64,000 nt of DNA from Escherichia coli (GTDB lineage Bacteria; Pseudomonadota; Gammaproteobacteria; Enterobacterales; Enterobacteriaceae): the NCBI RefSeq assembly GCF_029227855.1, contig NZ_CP074356.1, one strand, 5' to 3'. The notes below the pieces were generated by a model, which saw only the letters and a program-made list of their open reading frames with translations, did no database searches and had not been told where the DNA came from. A program made the translations under genes and the position numbers. Positions 33,144-44,983 of this stretch are shown here, in pieces (the first letter of the stretch is position 1; every line of letters begins with the position of its first letter).

Positions 33144-33983
33144 ATGAAAGACAATCCGCTGATCTCAATCTATATGCCGACCTGGAATCGCCAACAACTG
33201 GCGATTCGGGCGATAAAATCGGTCCTGCGCCAGGACTATAATAACTGGGAGATGATCATCGTGGATGATTGCTCCACCTCCTGGGAACAACTGCAACAGT
33301 ACGTCACCGCCCTCAACGATCCGCGTATTACTTACATTCACAACGACATAAACAGCGGGGCGTGCGCGGTACGTAACCAGGCGATTATGCTGGCGCAAGG
33401 GGAATACATCACCGGGATCGATGATGATGATGAATGGACGCCCAACCGCTTGAGCGTCTTCCTCGCCCATAAACAGCAACTGGTCACACACGCCTTTTTG
33501 TACGCTAACGACTACGTTTGCCAGGGCGAAGTCTATTCCCAACCAGCAAGTTTGCCGCTATATCCCAAATCGCCGTATTCACGCCGCCTGTTCTATAAAC
33601 GCAATATCATTGGCAATCAGGTCTTTACCTGGGCGTGGCGTTTCAAAGAGTGTTTGTTTGATACCGAACTGAAAGCGGCACAGGATTACGACATCTTCCT
33701 GCGGATGGTGGTGGAGTATGGCGAACCGTGGAAAGTGGAAGAGGCGACGCAGATCCTGCATATCAATCACGGCGAAATGCAGATCACCTCGTCACCGAAA
33801 AAATTCTCCGGATACTTCCACTTTTACCGTAAGCACAAAGACAAATTTGACCGCGCCAGCAAAAAATATCAGCTGTTTACCCTCTACCAGATCCGCAATA
33901 AACGCATGACCTGGCGCACTTTGCTGACGCTGCTGTCGGTGCGTAACGGCAAACGTCTGGCTGATGGTATTCGGGGGCGCTAA
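33144..33983 (+). CDS. wcaA: Colanic acid glycosyltransferase WcaA (GT2)
   Basis: 279 aa; GT2 signature ISIYMPTWNRQ...DDCS. Confidence 0.9.
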   Translation: MKDNPLISIYMPTWNRQQLAIRAIKSVLRQDYNNWEMIIVDDCSTSWEQLQQYVTALNDPRITYIHNDINSGACAVRNQAIMLAQGEYITGIDDDDEWTPNRLSVFLAHKQQLVTHAFLYANDYVCQGEVYSQPASLPLYPKSPYSRRLFYKRNIIGNQVFTWAWRFKECLFDTELKAAQDYDIFLRMVVEYGEPWKVEEATQILHINHGEMQITSSPKKFSGYFHFYRKHKDKFDRASKKYQLFTLYQIRNKRMTWRTLLTLLSVRNGKRLADGIRGR

Positions 33984-33985
33984 AG

Positions 33986-34474
33986 ATGCTGGAAGATCTG
34001 CGCGCCAACAGCTGGAGTTTACGCCCGTGCTGCATGGTTCTTGCCTATCGCGCCGCTCATTTTTGTTCGGTGTGGCGCAAAAAGAACGTTCTCAACAATA
34101 TTTGGGCGGCCCCGCTGCTGGTGCTGTATCGCATTATCACCGAATGCTTTTTCGGTTATGAAATCCAGGCAGCCGCAACCATTGGTCGCCGCTTTACTAT
34201 CCATCACGGTTACGCCGTAGTGATCAATAAAAACGTGGTTGCGGGGGATGATTTCACCATTCGCCACGGCGTCACTATCGGCAATCGTGGTGCCGATAAC
34301 ATGGCATGTCCACACATTGGCAACGGCGTCGAACTCGGTGCCAACGTCATTATTCTTGGTGATATCACGCTTGGTAACAACGTCACCGTGGGCGCGGGCA
34401 GCGTGGTGCTCGACTCTGTCCCGGACAACGCGCTGGTGGTGGGAGAAAAAGCGCGAGTGAAGGTAATTAAATGA
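33986..34474 (+). CDS. wcaB: Colanic acid acetyltransferase WcaB (hexapeptide-repeat)
   Basis: 162 aa; left-handed beta-helix hexapeptide repeats. Confidence 0.9.
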   Translation: MLEDLRANSWSLRPCCMVLAYRAAHFCSVWRKKNVLNNIWAAPLLVLYRIITECFFGYEIQAAATIGRRFTIHHGYAVVINKNVVAGDDFTIRHGVTIGNRGADNMACPHIGNGVELGANVIILGDITLGNNVTVGAGSVVLDSVPDNALVVGEKARVKVIK

Positions 34475-35688
34475 ATATTCTGCAATTTAATGTGCGACTG
34501 GCGGAAGGCGGTGCGGCAGGTGTGGCGTTAGATCTCCACCAGCGAGCACTGCAACAGGGGCTGGCGTCACATTTTGTCTACGGCTACGGCAAAGGCGGCA
34601 AAGAGAGCGTCAGCCATCAGAACTATCCGCAGGTCATCAAATATACGCCGCGGATGACCGCGATGGCGAATATTGCTCTGTTTCGTCTGTTTAATCGCGA
34701 TCTGTTTGGCAATTTCAATGAGTTATATCGCACCATTACTCGCACACCGGGTCCGGTGGTCCTGCATTTTCATGTGCTGCACAGCTACTGGCTAAATCTT
34801 AAGAGCGTGGTGCGCTTTTGCGAAAAGGTGAAAAACTATAAACCGGACGTCACTCTGGTCTGGACGCTGCACGACCACTGGAGCGTTACCGGACGCTGCG
34901 CCTTTACCGACGGTTGTGACGGCTGGAAAACAGGCTGCCGGAAATGCCCGACCTTAAATAATTATCCGCCGGTGAAGATTGATCGCGCACACCAGCTGGT
35001 GGCGGGCAAACGCCAGTTATTCCGTGAGATGCTGGCGCTGGGCTGTCAGTTTATTTCCCCCAGCCAGCATGTGGCTGATGCTTTCAATAGTCTGTACGGT
35101 CCAGGGCGTTGCCGGATTATCAATAATGGCATTGATATGGCAACCGAAGCGATTCTGGCGGACTTGCCTCCGGTGCGCGAAACTCAGGGCAAGCCGAAAA
35201 TCGCGGTGGTAGCGCATGACCTGCGTTACGACGGCAAGACTAACCAGCAACTGGTGCGTGAGATGATGGCGCTGGGCGACAAAATCGAACTACATACCTT
35301 CGGTAAGTTCTCGTCGTTCACCGCTGGCAACGTGGTTAATCACGGCTTTGAAACTGACAAGCGCAAGTTGATGAGCGCGCTCAATCAGATGGATGCGCTG
35401 GTATTCAGTTCTCGCGTCGATAACTACCCACTGATTTTGTGTGAGGCGCTATCGATTGGTGTGCCGGTGATTGCCACCCATAGCGACGCGGCACGTGAAG
35501 TGTTGCAAAAATCCGGCGGTAAAACCGTCAGCGAAGAAGACGTGCTGCAACTGGTGCAGTTAAGCAAACCGGAAATCGCGCAGGCGATATTTAGTACCAC
35601 GCTGGCTGAGTTCAGCCAACGCAGCCGCGTCGCCTACAGTGGACAACAGATGCTGGAGGAGTATGTCAACTTCTATCAGAATCTGTAG
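34471..35688 (+). CDS. wcaC: Colanic acid glycosyltransferase WcaC
   Basis: 405 aa; position and sequence consistent with WcaC. Confidence 0.9.
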   Translation: MNILQFNVRLAEGGAAGVALDLHQRALQQGLASHFVYGYGKGGKESVSHQNYPQVIKYTPRMTAMANIALFRLFNRDLFGNFNELYRTITRTPGPVVLHFHVLHSYWLNLKSVVRFCEKVKNYKPDVTLVWTLHDHWSVTGRCAFTDGCDGWKTGCRKCPTLNNYPPVKIDRAHQLVAGKRQLFREMLALGCQFISPSQHVADAFNSLYGPGRCRIINNGIDMATEAILADLPPVRETQGKPKIAVVAHDLRYDGKTNQQLVREMMALGDKIELHTFGKFSSFTAGNVVNHGFETDKRKLMSALNQMDALVFSSRVDNYPLILCEALSIGVPVIATHSDAAREVLQKSGGKTVSEEDVLQLVQLSKPEIAQAIFSTTLAEFSQRSRVAYSGQQMLEEYVNFYQNL

Positions 35689-36880
35689 CTACCTGCTGCT
35701 GCCGCTGATTTACCTGTTGGTTAACGTCAAAATCGCCCAGCTTGGCGAAAGTTTCCCCATCACCATCGTCACTTTTTTACCCGTCTTGTTATTGCTGTTT
35801 TTAGAACGCATCAGCGTTAAAAAATTGATGATTGCCTTAGGGATTGGCGCGGGACTCACGGCGTTTAACTACCTGTTTGGTCAGTCGTTGGATGCCAGTA
35901 AATACGTCACTTCAACCATGCTGTTTGTCTATATTGTGATCATTATTGGCATGGTGTGGAGTATTCGCTTTAAAACGATTTCGCCCCACAACCACCGCAA
36001 GATATTACGCTTTTTTTATCTGGTGGTCGGGTTGGTGGTGGCGCTGGCGGCGGTGGAGATGGCGCAAATTATCCTCACCGGTGGCAGCAGTATTATGGAG
36101 TCGATTTCAAAATATCTGATTTACAGCAACAGCTATGTACTGAATTTCATTAAATTCGGCGGCAAGCGCACGACAGCACTTTATTTCGAACCGGCATTTT
36201 TCGCTCTGGCATTAATCTCAATTTGGCTCAGCATCAAACAGTTTGGTATCAAAACCCCTAAAACCGATGCTATGATTCTCGCAGGGATAATATTATCCGG
36301 ATCGTTTTCAGGGGTTATGACCTTTATCCTGTTTTATTTGCTGGAGTGGGCATTTCAATATCTGAATAAAGAGGCGATTAAGAAAAAGTTACCGTTAGCA
36401 TTGATTTCTCTGGCTGTATTCCTGGTTGGTGTGGTAATTGCATTTCCTTATATTTCCACCCGTCTGGGCGATTTAGGTACGGAAGGATCGTCATCATATT
36501 ATCGTATTGTCGGTCCGCTGGTGATGGTCGGTTATTCTTTGACCCATATTGACGGTGTAGTCAGATTTGGCTCACTTTATGAATATGTCGCATCATTCGG
36601 AATATTTAACGGTGCGGATGTCGGAAAAACCATAGACAATGGTTTGTATCTGCTGATTATTTATTTTTCCTGGTTCGCGGTGTTTTTATCACTGTGGTAC
36701 ATGGGGAAAGTGATAAAAATGATGATCAACGCTTTTGGTGATAACCGCAATTTTCGCGTGCAATTATATCTTTTTACTCCGGTATCGCTGTTTTTTACCG
36801 GTTCGATATTTAGCCCGGAATATGCATTTTTAATCGTCTGTCCGTTTATTTTGCGAAAAGCGTTAAATATTACGAGGTAA
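35663..36880 (+). CDS. wcaD: Colanic acid polymerase WcaD
   Basis: 405 aa from ATG at 35663 ([22 protein letters not shown]...); polytopic membrane protein. Confidence 0.9.
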   Translation: MSTSIRICSYLLLPLIYLLVNVKIAQLGESFPITIVTFLPVLLLLFLERISVKKLMIALGIGAGLTAFNYLFGQSLDASKYVTSTMLFVYIVIIIGMVWSIRFKTISPHNHRKILRFFYLVVGLVVALAAVEMAQIILTGGSSIMESISKYLIYSNSYVLNFIKFGGKRTTALYFEPAFFALALISIWLSIKQFGIKTPKTDAMILAGIILSGSFSGVMTFILFYLLEWAFQYLNKEAIKKKLPLALISLAVFLVGVVIAFPYISTRLGDLGTEGSSSYYRIVGPLVMVGYSLTHIDGVVRFGSLYEYVASFGIFNGADVGKTIDNGLYLLIIYFSWFAVFLSLWYMGKVIKMMINAFGDNRNFRVQLYLFTPVSLFFTGSIFSPEYAFLIVCPFILRKALNITR

Positions 36881-36890
36881 GAATAAGAAC

Positions 36891-37637
36891 ATGTTGCTTA
36901 GCATAATCACTGTCGCGTTTCGTAACCTCGCAGGGATAGTCAAAACACACGCCTCGCTGGCGCATCTGGCGCAGGCGGACGATATCAGCTTCGAATGGAT
37001 TGTTGTCGATGGCGGTTCCAATGACGGCACCCGTGAGTACCTGGAAAATCTCAATGGTATCTATAACCTACGCTTTGTCAGCGAGCCAGATAACGGTATC
37101 TACGACGCCATGAACAAGGGCATTGCGATGGCACAAGGCAAGTTCGCGTTGTTTCTCAACTCGGGCGATATTTTTCATCAGGATGCCGCAAATTTTGTCC
37201 GTAAGTTAAAAGTGCAAAAAGATAACGTGATGATCACCGGCGATGCGCTGCTGGATTTTGGCGACGGGCATAAGATTAAACGTAGCGCCAAACCGGGGTG
37301 GTATATTTATCACAGCCTGCCCGCCAGTCATCAGGCGATATTTTTTCCGGTATCCGGCTTGAAAAAATGGCGTTATGACCTGGAATATAAAGTTTCTTCC
37401 GACTACGCGCTGGCAGCCAAAATGTATAAAGCCGGTTATGCATTTAAAAAACTCAATGGCCTGGTGTCTGAATTTTCTATGGGTGGAGTATCTACCACCA
37501 ATAATATGGAATTATGTGCTGACGCCAAAAAAGTCCAACGGCAGATATTGCACGTGCCTGGCTTTTGGGCTGAATTATCCTGGCATTTACGCCAACGTAC
37601 TACCTCAAAGACGAAAGCCTTATATAACAAAAGCTGA
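36891..37637 (+). CDS. wcaE: Colanic acid glycosyltransferase WcaE (GT2)
   Basis: 248 aa; [15 protein letters not shown]...[10 protein letters not shown]. Confidence 0.9.
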   Translation: MLLSIITVAFRNLAGIVKTHASLAHLAQADDISFEWIVVDGGSNDGTREYLENLNGIYNLRFVSEPDNGIYDAMNKGIAMAQGKFALFLNSGDIFHQDAANFVRKLKVQKDNVMITGDALLDFGDGHKIKRSAKPGWYIYHSLPASHQAIFFPVSGLKKWRYDLEYKVSSDYALAAKMYKAGYAFKKLNGLVSEFSMGGVSTTNNMELCADAKKVQRQILHVPGFWAELSWHLRQRTTSKTKALYNKS

Positions 37638-37652
37638 ATATAAGGGAAAACG

Positions 37653-38201
37653 ATGCAGGATTTAAGTGGTTTCTCGGTGCCGAAAGGGTTCCGGGGCGGC
37701 AACGCTATTAAAGTGCAATTGTGGTGGGCGGTACAGGCAACATTATTTGCCTGGTCGCCACAAGTATTGTATCGCTGGCGGGCATTTTTATTACGTTTAT
37801 TCGGCGCAAAAATAGGAAAAAACGTAGTTATTCGTCCGTCAGTAAAAATTACCTATCCGTGGAAATTAACCTTAGGTGATTACGCGTGGGTCGGCGATGA
37901 CGTCAATTTATATACCCTCGGTGAAATAACCATTGGCGCACATTCGGTGATATCGCAAAAAAGTTATTTATGCACCGGGAGCCACGACCATGCAAGTCAA
38001 CATTTCACCATTAACGCCACGCCTATTGTGATTGGCGAGAAATGCTGGCTGGCGACAGATGTTTTTGTTGCCCCAGGCGTCACGATTGGCGACGGCACCG
38101 TCGTGGGTGCACGAAGCAGTGTTTTTAAATCGCTCCCGGCAAATGTGGTTTGCCGGGGGAATCCCGCAGTGGTGATACGCGAACGCGTTGAAACTGAATA
38201 A
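37653..38201 (+). CDS. wcaF: Colanic acid acetyltransferase WcaF
   Basis: 182 aa; hexapeptide-repeat acyltransferase. Confidence 0.9.
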   Translation: MQDLSGFSVPKGFRGGNAIKVQLWWAVQATLFAWSPQVLYRWRAFLLRLFGAKIGKNVVIRPSVKITYPWKLTLGDYAWVGDDVNLYTLGEITIGAHSVISQKSYLCTGSHDHASQHFTINATPIVIGEKCWLATDVFVAPGVTIGDGTVVGARSSVFKSLPANVVCRGNPAVVIRERVETE

Positions 38202-38227
38202 ATTCAAAAAATACAGAGGAATAAGAC

Positions 38228-39349
38228 ATGTCAAAAGTCGCTCTCATCACCGGTGTAACCGGACAAGACGGTTCTTACCTGGCAGAGTTTCTGCTGGAAA
38301 AAGGTTACGAGGTGCATGGTATTAAGCGTCGCGCATCGTCATTCAACACCGAGCGCGTGGATCACATTTATCAGGATCCGCACACCTGCAACCCGAAATT
38401 CCATCTGCATTATGGCGACCTGAGTGATACCTCCAACCTGACGCGCATTTTGCGTGAAGTGCAGCCGGATGAAGTGTACAACCTGGGCGCAATGAGCCAC
38501 GTTGCGGTTTCTTTTGAGTCACCGGAATATACCGCAGACGTCGATGCGATGGGTACGCTGCGCCTGCTCGAGGCGATCCGCTTCCTCGGTCTGGAAAAGA
38601 AAACCCGTTTCTATCAGGCTTCCACCTCTGAACTGTATGGTCTGGTGCAGGAAATTCCGCAGAAAGAGACCACGCCGTTCTACCCGCGATCTCCGTATGC
38701 GGTCGCCAAACTGTACGCCTACTGGATCACCGTTAACTACCGCGAATCCTACGGCATGTACGCCTGTAACGGTATTCTCTTCAACCATGAATCCCCGCGC
38801 CGCGGCGAAACCTTCGTTACCCGCAAAATCACCCGCGCAATCGCCAACATCGCCCAGGGGCTGGAATCGTGCCTGTACCTCGGCAATATGGATTCCCTGC
38901 GTGACTGGGGCCACGCCAAAGACTACGTAAAAATGCAGTGGATGATGCTGCAACAGGAACAGCCGGAAGATTTCGTTATCGCGACCGGCGTTCAGTACTC
39001 CGTACGTCAGTTCGTGGAAATGGCGGCAGCACAGCTGGGCATCAAACTGCGCTTTGAAGGCACGGGTGTTGAAGAGAAGGGCATTGTGGTTTCCGTCACC
39101 GGGCATGACGCGCCGGGCGTTAAACCGGGCGATGTGATTATCGCCATTGATCCGCGTTACTTCCGTCCGGCAGAAGTTGAAACGCTGCTCGGTGACCCGA
39201 CCAAAGCGAACGAAAAACTGGGCTGGAAACCGGAAATCACCCTCAGAGAGATGGTGTCTGAAATGGTGGCTAATGACCTCGAAGCGGCGAAAAAACACTC
39301 TCTGCTGAAATCTCACGGCTACGACGTGGCGATCGCGCTGGAGTCATAA
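38228..39349 (+). CDS. gmd: GDP-mannose 4,6-dehydratase
   Basis: 373 aa; [31 protein letters not shown]. Confidence 0.95.
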   Translation: MSKVALITGVTGQDGSYLAEFLLEKGYEVHGIKRRASSFNTERVDHIYQDPHTCNPKFHLHYGDLSDTSNLTRILREVQPDEVYNLGAMSHVAVSFESPEYTADVDAMGTLRLLEAIRFLGLEKKTRFYQASTSELYGLVQEIPQKETTPFYPRSPYAVAKLYAYWITVNYRESYGMYACNGILFNHESPRRGETFVTRKITRAIANIAQGLESCLYLGNMDSLRDWGHAKDYVKMQWMMLQQEQPEDFVIATGVQYSVRQFVEMAAAQLGIKLRFEGTGVEEKGIVVSVTGHDAPGVKPGDVIIAIDPRYFRPAEVETLLGDPTKANEKLGWKPEITLREMVSEMVANDLEAAKKHSLLKSHGYDVAIALES

Positions 39350-39351
39350 GC

Positions 39352-40317
39352 ATGAGTAGACAACGCATTTTTATCGCTGGCCATCGCGGGATGGTCGGTT
39401 CTGCCATCAGGCGGCAGCTCGAACAGCGCGGTGATGTGGAACTGGTATTACGCACCCGCGACGAGCTGAACCTGCTGGACAGCCGCGCGGTGCATGATTT
39501 CTTTGCCAGCGAACGTATTGACCAGGTCTATCTGGCGGCGGCGAAAGTGGGCGGCATTGTTGCCAACAACACGTATCCGGCGGATTTCATCTACCAGAAC
39601 ATGATGATTGAGAGCAACATCATTCACGCCGCGCATCAGAACGACGTGAACAAACTGCTGTTTCTCGGATCGTCCTGTATCTACCCGAAACTGGCAAAAC
39701 AGCCGATGGCAGAAAGCGAGTTATTGCAGGGTACGCTGGAGCCGACCAACGAGCCTTATGCCATTGCCAAAATCGCTGGGATCAAACTGTGCGAATCTTA
39801 CAACCGCCAGTATGGACGCGATTACCGCTCGGTCATGCCGACCAACCTGTATGGCCCGCATGACAACTTCCACCCGAGTAATTCGCATGTGATCCCAGCA
39901 TTGCTGCGTCGCTTCCACGAGGCGACGGCACAGAATGCGCCGGACGTGGTGGTGTGGGGCAGCGGTACACCGATGCGTGAATTTCTGCACGTCGATGATA
40001 TGGCGGCGGCAAGCATTCATGTGATGGAGCTGGCGCACGAAGTCTGGCTGGAAAACACCCAGCCGATGTTGTCGCACATTAACGTCGGCACGGGCGTTGA
40101 CTGCACCATCCGTGAACTGGCGCAAACCATCGCCAAAGTGGTGGGTTACAAAGGTCGGGTGGTTTTTGATGCCAGCAAACCGGATGGCACACCGCGCAAA
40201 CTGCTGGATGTGACGCGCCTGCATCAGCTTGGCTGGTATCACGAAATCTCACTGGAAGCGGGGCTTGCCAGCACTTACCAGTGGTTCCTTGAGAATCAAG
40301 ACCGCTTTCGGGGGTAA
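39352..40317 (+). CDS. fcl: GDP-L-fucose synthase (WcaG)
   Basis: 321 aa; [24 protein letters not shown]. Confidence 0.95.
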   Translation: MSRQRIFIAGHRGMVGSAIRRQLEQRGDVELVLRTRDELNLLDSRAVHDFFASERIDQVYLAAAKVGGIVANNTYPADFIYQNMMIESNIIHAAHQNDVNKLLFLGSSCIYPKLAKQPMAESELLQGTLEPTNEPYAIAKIAGIKLCESYNRQYGRDYRSVMPTNLYGPHDNFHPSNSHVIPALLRRFHEATAQNAPDVVVWGSGTPMREFLHVDDMAAASIHVMELAHEVWLENTQPMLSHINVGTGVDCTIRELAQTIAKVVGYKGRVVFDASKPDGTPRKLLDVTRLHQLGWYHEISLEAGLASTYQWFLENQDRFRG

Positions 40318-40319
40318 TG

Positions 40320-40799
40320 ATGTTTTTACGTCAGGAAGACTTTGCCACGGTAGTGCGCTCCACTCCGCTTGTCTCTCTCGACTTTATTGTTGAGAACAGT
40401 CGCGGCGAGTTTCTGCTTGGCAAAAGAACCAACCGCCCGGCGCAGGGTTACTGGTTTGTGCCGGGAGGGCGCGTGCAGAAAGACGAAACGCTGGAAGCCG
40501 CATTTGAGCGGCTGACGATGGCGGAACTGGGGCTGCGTCTGCCGATAACAGCAGGCCAGTTTTACGGTGTCTGGCAGCACTTTTATGACGATAACTTCTC
40601 CGGCACGGATTTCACCACTCACTATTTGGTGCTCGGTTTTCGCTTCAGAGTAGCGGAAGAAGAGCTGTTACTGCCGGATGAGCAGCATGACGATTACCGC
40701 TGGCTGACGCCGGACGCACTGCTCGCCAGTGACAATGTTCACGCTAACAGCCGCGCCTATTTTCTCGCTGAGAAGCGTGCCGGAGTACCCGGATTATGA
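40320..40799 (+). CDS. gmm: GDP-mannose mannosyl hydrolase (Nudix; WcaH/NudD)
   Basis: 159 aa from the second ATG ([21 protein letters not shown]); Nudix fold. Confidence 0.9.
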   Translation: MFLRQEDFATVVRSTPLVSLDFIVENSRGEFLLGKRTNRPAQGYWFVPGGRVQKDETLEAAFERLTMAELGLRLPITAGQFYGVWQHFYDDNFSGTDFTTHYLVLGFRFRVAEEELLLPDEQHDDYRWLTPDALLASDNVHANSRAYFLAEKRAGVPGL

Positions 40800-42019
40800 A
40801 AATACTGGTCTACGGCATTAACTACTCGCCGGAGTTAACCGGCATCGGCAAATACACCGGAGAGATGGTGGAATGGCTTGCGGCACAAGGTCATGAGGTG
40901 CGGGTCATAACCGCACCGCCTTACTACCCGCAGTGGCAGGTGGGCGAGAACTATTCCGCCTGGCGCTACAAACGAGAAGAGGGGGCCGCCACGGTGTGGC
41001 GCTGCCCGCTGTACGTGCCAAAACAGCCGAGCACCCTGAAACGCTTGTTGCATCTCGGCAGTTTTGCCGTCAGCAGTTTTTTCCCGTTGATGGCGCAACG
41101 TCGCTGGAAGCCGGATCGCATTATTGGCGTGGTGCCAACGCTGTTTTGCACGCCGGGAATGCGCCTGCTGGCGAAACTCTCTGGCGCGCGTACCGTGCTG
41201 CATATTCAGGATTACGAAGTGGACGCCATGCTGGGGCTGGGCCTTGCCGGAAAAGGCAAAGGCGGCAAAGTGGCACAGCTGGCGACGGCGTTCGAACGTA
41301 GCGGACTGCATAACGTCGATAACGTCTCCACGATTTCGCGCTCGATGATGAATAAAGCCATCGAAAAAGGCGTGGCGGCGGAAAACGTCATCTTCTTCCC
41401 CAACTGGTCGGAAATCGCCCGTTTTCAATATGTTGCAGACGCCGATGTTGATGCCCTTCGTAACCAGCTTGGCCTGCCGGATAACAAAAAAATCATTCTT
41501 TACTCCGGCAATATTGGTGAAAAGCAGGGGCTGGAAAACGTTATTGAAGCTGCCGATCACCTGCGCGATGAACCGCTGATTTTTGCCATTGTCGGGCAGG
41601 GCGGCGGCAAAGCGCGGCTGGAAAAAATGGCGCAGCAGCGCGGACTGCGCAACATGCAATTTTTTCCGCTGCAATCGTATGACGCTTTACCCGCACTGCT
41701 GAAGATGGGCGATTGCCATCTGGTGGTGCAAAAACGCGGCGCGGCAGATGCCGTATTGCCGTCGAAACTGACCAATATTCTGGCGGTAGGCGGTAACGCG
41801 GTGATTACCGCAGAAGCCCACACCGAACTGGGGCAGCTTTGCGAAACCTTTCCGGGCATTGCGGTTTGCGTAGAGCCGGAATCGGTCGAGGCGCTGGTGG
41901 CGGGGATCCGTCAGGCGCTCCTGCTGCCCAAACACAACACGGTGGCATGTGAATATGCCGAACGCACGCTCGATAAAGAGAACGTGTTACGTCAATTTAT
42001 AAATGATATTCGGGGATAA
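40796..42019 (+). CDS. wcaI: Colanic acid glycosyltransferase WcaI
   Basis: 407 aa; [24 protein letters not shown]. Confidence 0.9.
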   Translation: MKILVYGINYSPELTGIGKYTGEMVEWLAAQGHEVRVITAPPYYPQWQVGENYSAWRYKREEGAATVWRCPLYVPKQPSTLKRLLHLGSFAVSSFFPLMAQRRWKPDRIIGVVPTLFCTPGMRLLAKLSGARTVLHIQDYEVDAMLGLGLAGKGKGGKVAQLATAFERSGLHNVDNVSTISRSMMNKAIEKGVAAENVIFFPNWSEIARFQYVADADVDALRNQLGLPDNKKIILYSGNIGEKQGLENVIEAADHLRDEPLIFAIVGQGGGKARLEKMAQQRGLRNMQFFPLQSYDALPALLKMGDCHLVVQKRGAADAVLPSKLTNILAVGGNAVITAEAHTELGQLCETFPGIAVCVEPESVEALVAGIRQALLLPKHNTVACEYAERTLDKENVLRQFINDIRG

Positions 42020-42021
42020 TT

Positions 42022-43458
42022 ATGGCGCAGTCGAAACTCTATCCAGTTGTGATGGCAGGTGGCTCCGGTAGCCGCTTATGGCCGCTTTCCCGCGTACTTT
42101 ACCCCAAGCAGTTTTTATGCCTGAAAGGCGATCTCACCATGCTGCAAACCACCATCTGCCGCCTGAACGGCGTGGAGTGCGAAAGCCCGGTGGTGATTTG
42201 CAATGAGCAGCACCGCTTTATTGTCGCGGAACAGCTGCGTCAACTGAACAAACTCACCGAGAATATTATTCTCGAACCGGCAGGGCGTAACACTGCACCT
42301 GCCATTGCACTGGCGGCGCTGGCGGCAAAACGTCATAGCCCGGAGAGCGACCCGTTAATGCTGGTGCTGGCGGCGGATCATGTGATTGCCGATGAAGACG
42401 CGTTCCGTGCCGCCGTGCGTAATGCCATGCCGTATGCCGAAGCGGGCAAGCTGGTGACCTTTGGCATTGTGCCGGATCTACCAGAAACCGGTTATGGCTA
42501 TATTCGTCGCGGTGAAGTGTCTGCGGGTGAGCAGGATACGGTGGCCTTTGAAGTGGCGCAGTTTGTCGAAAAACCGAATCTGGAAACCGCTCAGGCCTAT
42601 GTGGCAAGCGGCGAATATTACTGGAACAGCGGTATGTTTCTGTTCCGCGCCGGACGCTATCTCGAAGAACTGAAAAAATATCGCCCGGATATTCTCGACG
42701 CCTGTGAAAAAGCGATGAGCGCCGTCGATCCGGATCTCGATTTTATTCGTGTGAATGAAGACGCGTTTCTGGCGTGCCCGGAAGAGTCGGTGGATTACGC
42801 GGTCATGGAACGTACGGCAGATGCTGTTGTGGTGCCGATGGATGCGGGCTGGAGCGATGTTGGTTCCTGGTCCTCTTTATGGGAAATCAGCGCCCACACC
42901 GCCGAGGGCAACGTTTGCCACGGCGATGTGATTAATCATAAAACTGAAAACAGCTATGTGTACGCCGAATCTGGCCTGGTCACCACCGTCGGGGTGAAAG
43001 ATTTGGTGGTAGTGCAGACCAAAGATGCGGTGCTGATTGCCGACCGTAACGCGGTACAGGATGTGAAAAAAGTGGTCGAGCAGATCAAAGCCGACGGTCG
43101 CCATGAGCATCGGGTGCATCGCGAAGTGTATCGTCCGTGGGGCAAATATGACTCTATTGATGCGGGCGACCGCTACCAGGTGAAACGCATCACCGTGAAA
43201 CCGGGCGAAGGCTTGTCAGTACAGATGCACCATCACCGCGCGGAACACTGGGTAGTGGTCGCGGGAACGGCAAAAGTCACTATTGACGGTGATATCAAAC
43301 TGCTTGGTGAAAACGAGTCCATTTATATTCCGCTGGGGGCGACGCACTGCCTGGAAAACCCGGGGAAAATTCCGCTCGATTTAATTGAAGTGCGCTCCGG
43401 CTCTTATCTCGAAGAGGATGATGTGGTGCGCTTCGCGGATCGCTACGGACGGGTGTAG
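42022..43458 (+). CDS. cpsB: Mannose-1-phosphate guanylyltransferase (ManC/CpsB)
   Basis: 478 aa; [24 protein letters not shown]. Confidence 0.95.
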   Translation: MAQSKLYPVVMAGGSGSRLWPLSRVLYPKQFLCLKGDLTMLQTTICRLNGVECESPVVICNEQHRFIVAEQLRQLNKLTENIILEPAGRNTAPAIALAALAAKRHSPESDPLMLVLAADHVIADEDAFRAAVRNAMPYAEAGKLVTFGIVPDLPETGYGYIRRGEVSAGEQDTVAFEVAQFVEKPNLETAQAYVASGEYYWNSGMFLFRAGRYLEELKKYRPDILDACEKAMSAVDPDLDFIRVNEDAFLACPEESVDYAVMERTADAVVVPMDAGWSDVGSWSSLWEISAHTAEGNVCHGDVINHKTENSYVYAESGLVTTVGVKDLVVVQTKDAVLIADRNAVQDVKKVVEQIKADGRHEHRVHREVYRPWGKYDSIDAGDRYQVKRITVKPGEGLSVQMHHHRAEHWVVVAGTAKVTIDGDIKLLGENESIYIPLGATHCLENPGKIPLDLIEVRSGSYLEEDDVVRFADRYGRV

Positions 43459-43558
43459 CCGTTGAATAATCAACCGGATTAATTCTCCGGTAAATAACGA
43501 AAAAACAAAATTGGCCGCTTCGGTCAGGGCCAACTATTGCCTGAAAAAGGGTAACGAT

Positions 43559-44929
43559 ATGAAAAAATTAACCTGCTTTAAAGCCTATGATATTCGCGGG
43601 AAATTAGGCGAAGAACTGAATGAAGATATTGCCTGGCGTATTGGGCGTGCCTATGGCGAATTTCTCAAACCGAAAACCATTGTGTTAGGCGGTGATGTCC
43701 GCCTCACCAGCGAAACCTTAAAACTGGCGCTGGCAAAAGGTTTACAGGATACGGGCGTCGATGTGCTGGATATTGGCATGTCCGGCACCGAAGAGATCTA
43801 TTTCGCCACGTTCCATCTCGGCGTGGCTGGCGGCATTGAAGTTACCGCCAGCCATAACCCGATGGATTACAACGGCATGAAACTGGTGCGCGAAGGGGCT
43901 CGCCCGATCAGCGGCGATACCGGACTGCGCGACGTCCAGCGTCTGGCAGAAGCCAATGACTTCCCTCCTGTCGATGAAACCAAACGCGGTCGCTATCAGC
44001 AAATCAATCTGCGTGACGCTTACGTTGATCACCTGTTCGGCTATATCAACGTCAAAAACCTCACGCCGCTCAAGCTGGTGATCAACTCCGGGAACGGCGC
44101 GGCGGGGCCGGTGGTGGACGCCATTGAAGCTCGCTTTAAAGCCCTCGGCGCACCCGTGGAATTGATCAAAGTGCACAACACGCCGGACGGGAATTTCCCC
44201 AACGGTATACCTAACCCGCTGCTGCCGGAATGTCGCGACGACACCCGCAATGCGGTCATCAAACACGGCGCGGATATGGGCATTGCTTTTGATGGCGATT
44301 TTGACCGCTGCTTCCTGTTTGACGAAAAAGGGCAGTTTATCGAGGGCTACTACATTGTCGGCCTGCTGGCAGAAGCGTTCCTCGAAAAAAATCCCGGCGC
44401 GAAGATCATCCACGATCCACGTCTCTCCTGGAACACCGTTGATGTGGTGACTGCCGCTGGCGGCACGCCGGTGATGTCGAAAACCGGACACGCCTTTATT
44501 AAAGAACGTATGCGCAAGGAAGACGCCATCTACGGTGGCGAAATGAGCGCTCACCATTACTTCCGCGATTTCGCTTACTGTGACAGCGGCATGATCCCGT
44601 GGCTGCTGGTCGCCGAACTGGTGTGCCTGAAAGGAAAAACGCTGGGCGAACTGGTGCGCGACCGGATGGCGGCGTTTCCGGCAAGCGGTGAGATCAACAG
44701 CAAACTGGCACACCCCGTTGAGGCGATTAACCGCGTGGAACAGCATTTTAGCCGTGAGGCGCTGGCGGTGGATCGCACCGATGGCATCAGCATGACCTTT
44801 GCCGACTGGCGCTTTAACCTGCGCTCCTCCAACACCGAACCGGTGGTGCGGTTGAATGTGGAATCGCGCGGCGATGTACCGCTGATGGAAGCGCGAACGC
44901 GAACTCTGCTGACGTTGCTGAACGAGTAA
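43559..44929 (+). CDS. cpsG: Phosphomannomutase (ManB/CpsG)
   Basis: 456 aa from ATG at 43559 ([20 protein letters not shown]); active-site TASHNP. Confidence 0.95.
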   Translation: MKKLTCFKAYDIRGKLGEELNEDIAWRIGRAYGEFLKPKTIVLGGDVRLTSETLKLALAKGLQDTGVDVLDIGMSGTEEIYFATFHLGVAGGIEVTASHNPMDYNGMKLVREGARPISGDTGLRDVQRLAEANDFPPVDETKRGRYQQINLRDAYVDHLFGYINVKNLTPLKLVINSGNGAAGPVVDAIEARFKALGAPVELIKVHNTPDGNFPNGIPNPLLPECRDDTRNAVIKHGADMGIAFDGDFDRCFLFDEKGQFIEGYYIVGLLAEAFLEKNPGAKIIHDPRLSWNTVDVVTAAGGTPVMSKTGHAFIKERMRKEDAIYGGEMSAHHYFRDFAYCDSGMIPWLLVAELVCLKGKTLGELVRDRMAAFPASGEINSKLAHPVEAINRVEQHFSREALAVDRTDGISMTFADWRFNLRSSNTEPVVRLNVESRGDVPLMEARTRTLLTLLNE

Positions 44930-44983
44930 TGTCGGATCTTCCCTTACCCCACTGCGGGTAAGGGGCTAATAACAGGAACAACG

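Noticed and set aside
38519-39316. 265-aa minus-strand ORF inside gmd, and a 334-aa minus-strand ORF (43742..44746) inside cpsG
   Set aside because: Fully antisense to confidently identified genes, with Arg/His-rich low-complexity translations.
40835-41674. 279-aa minus-strand ORF within wcaI
   Set aside because: Antisense shadow of wcaI; Arg/His-rich translation with no recognisable domain.
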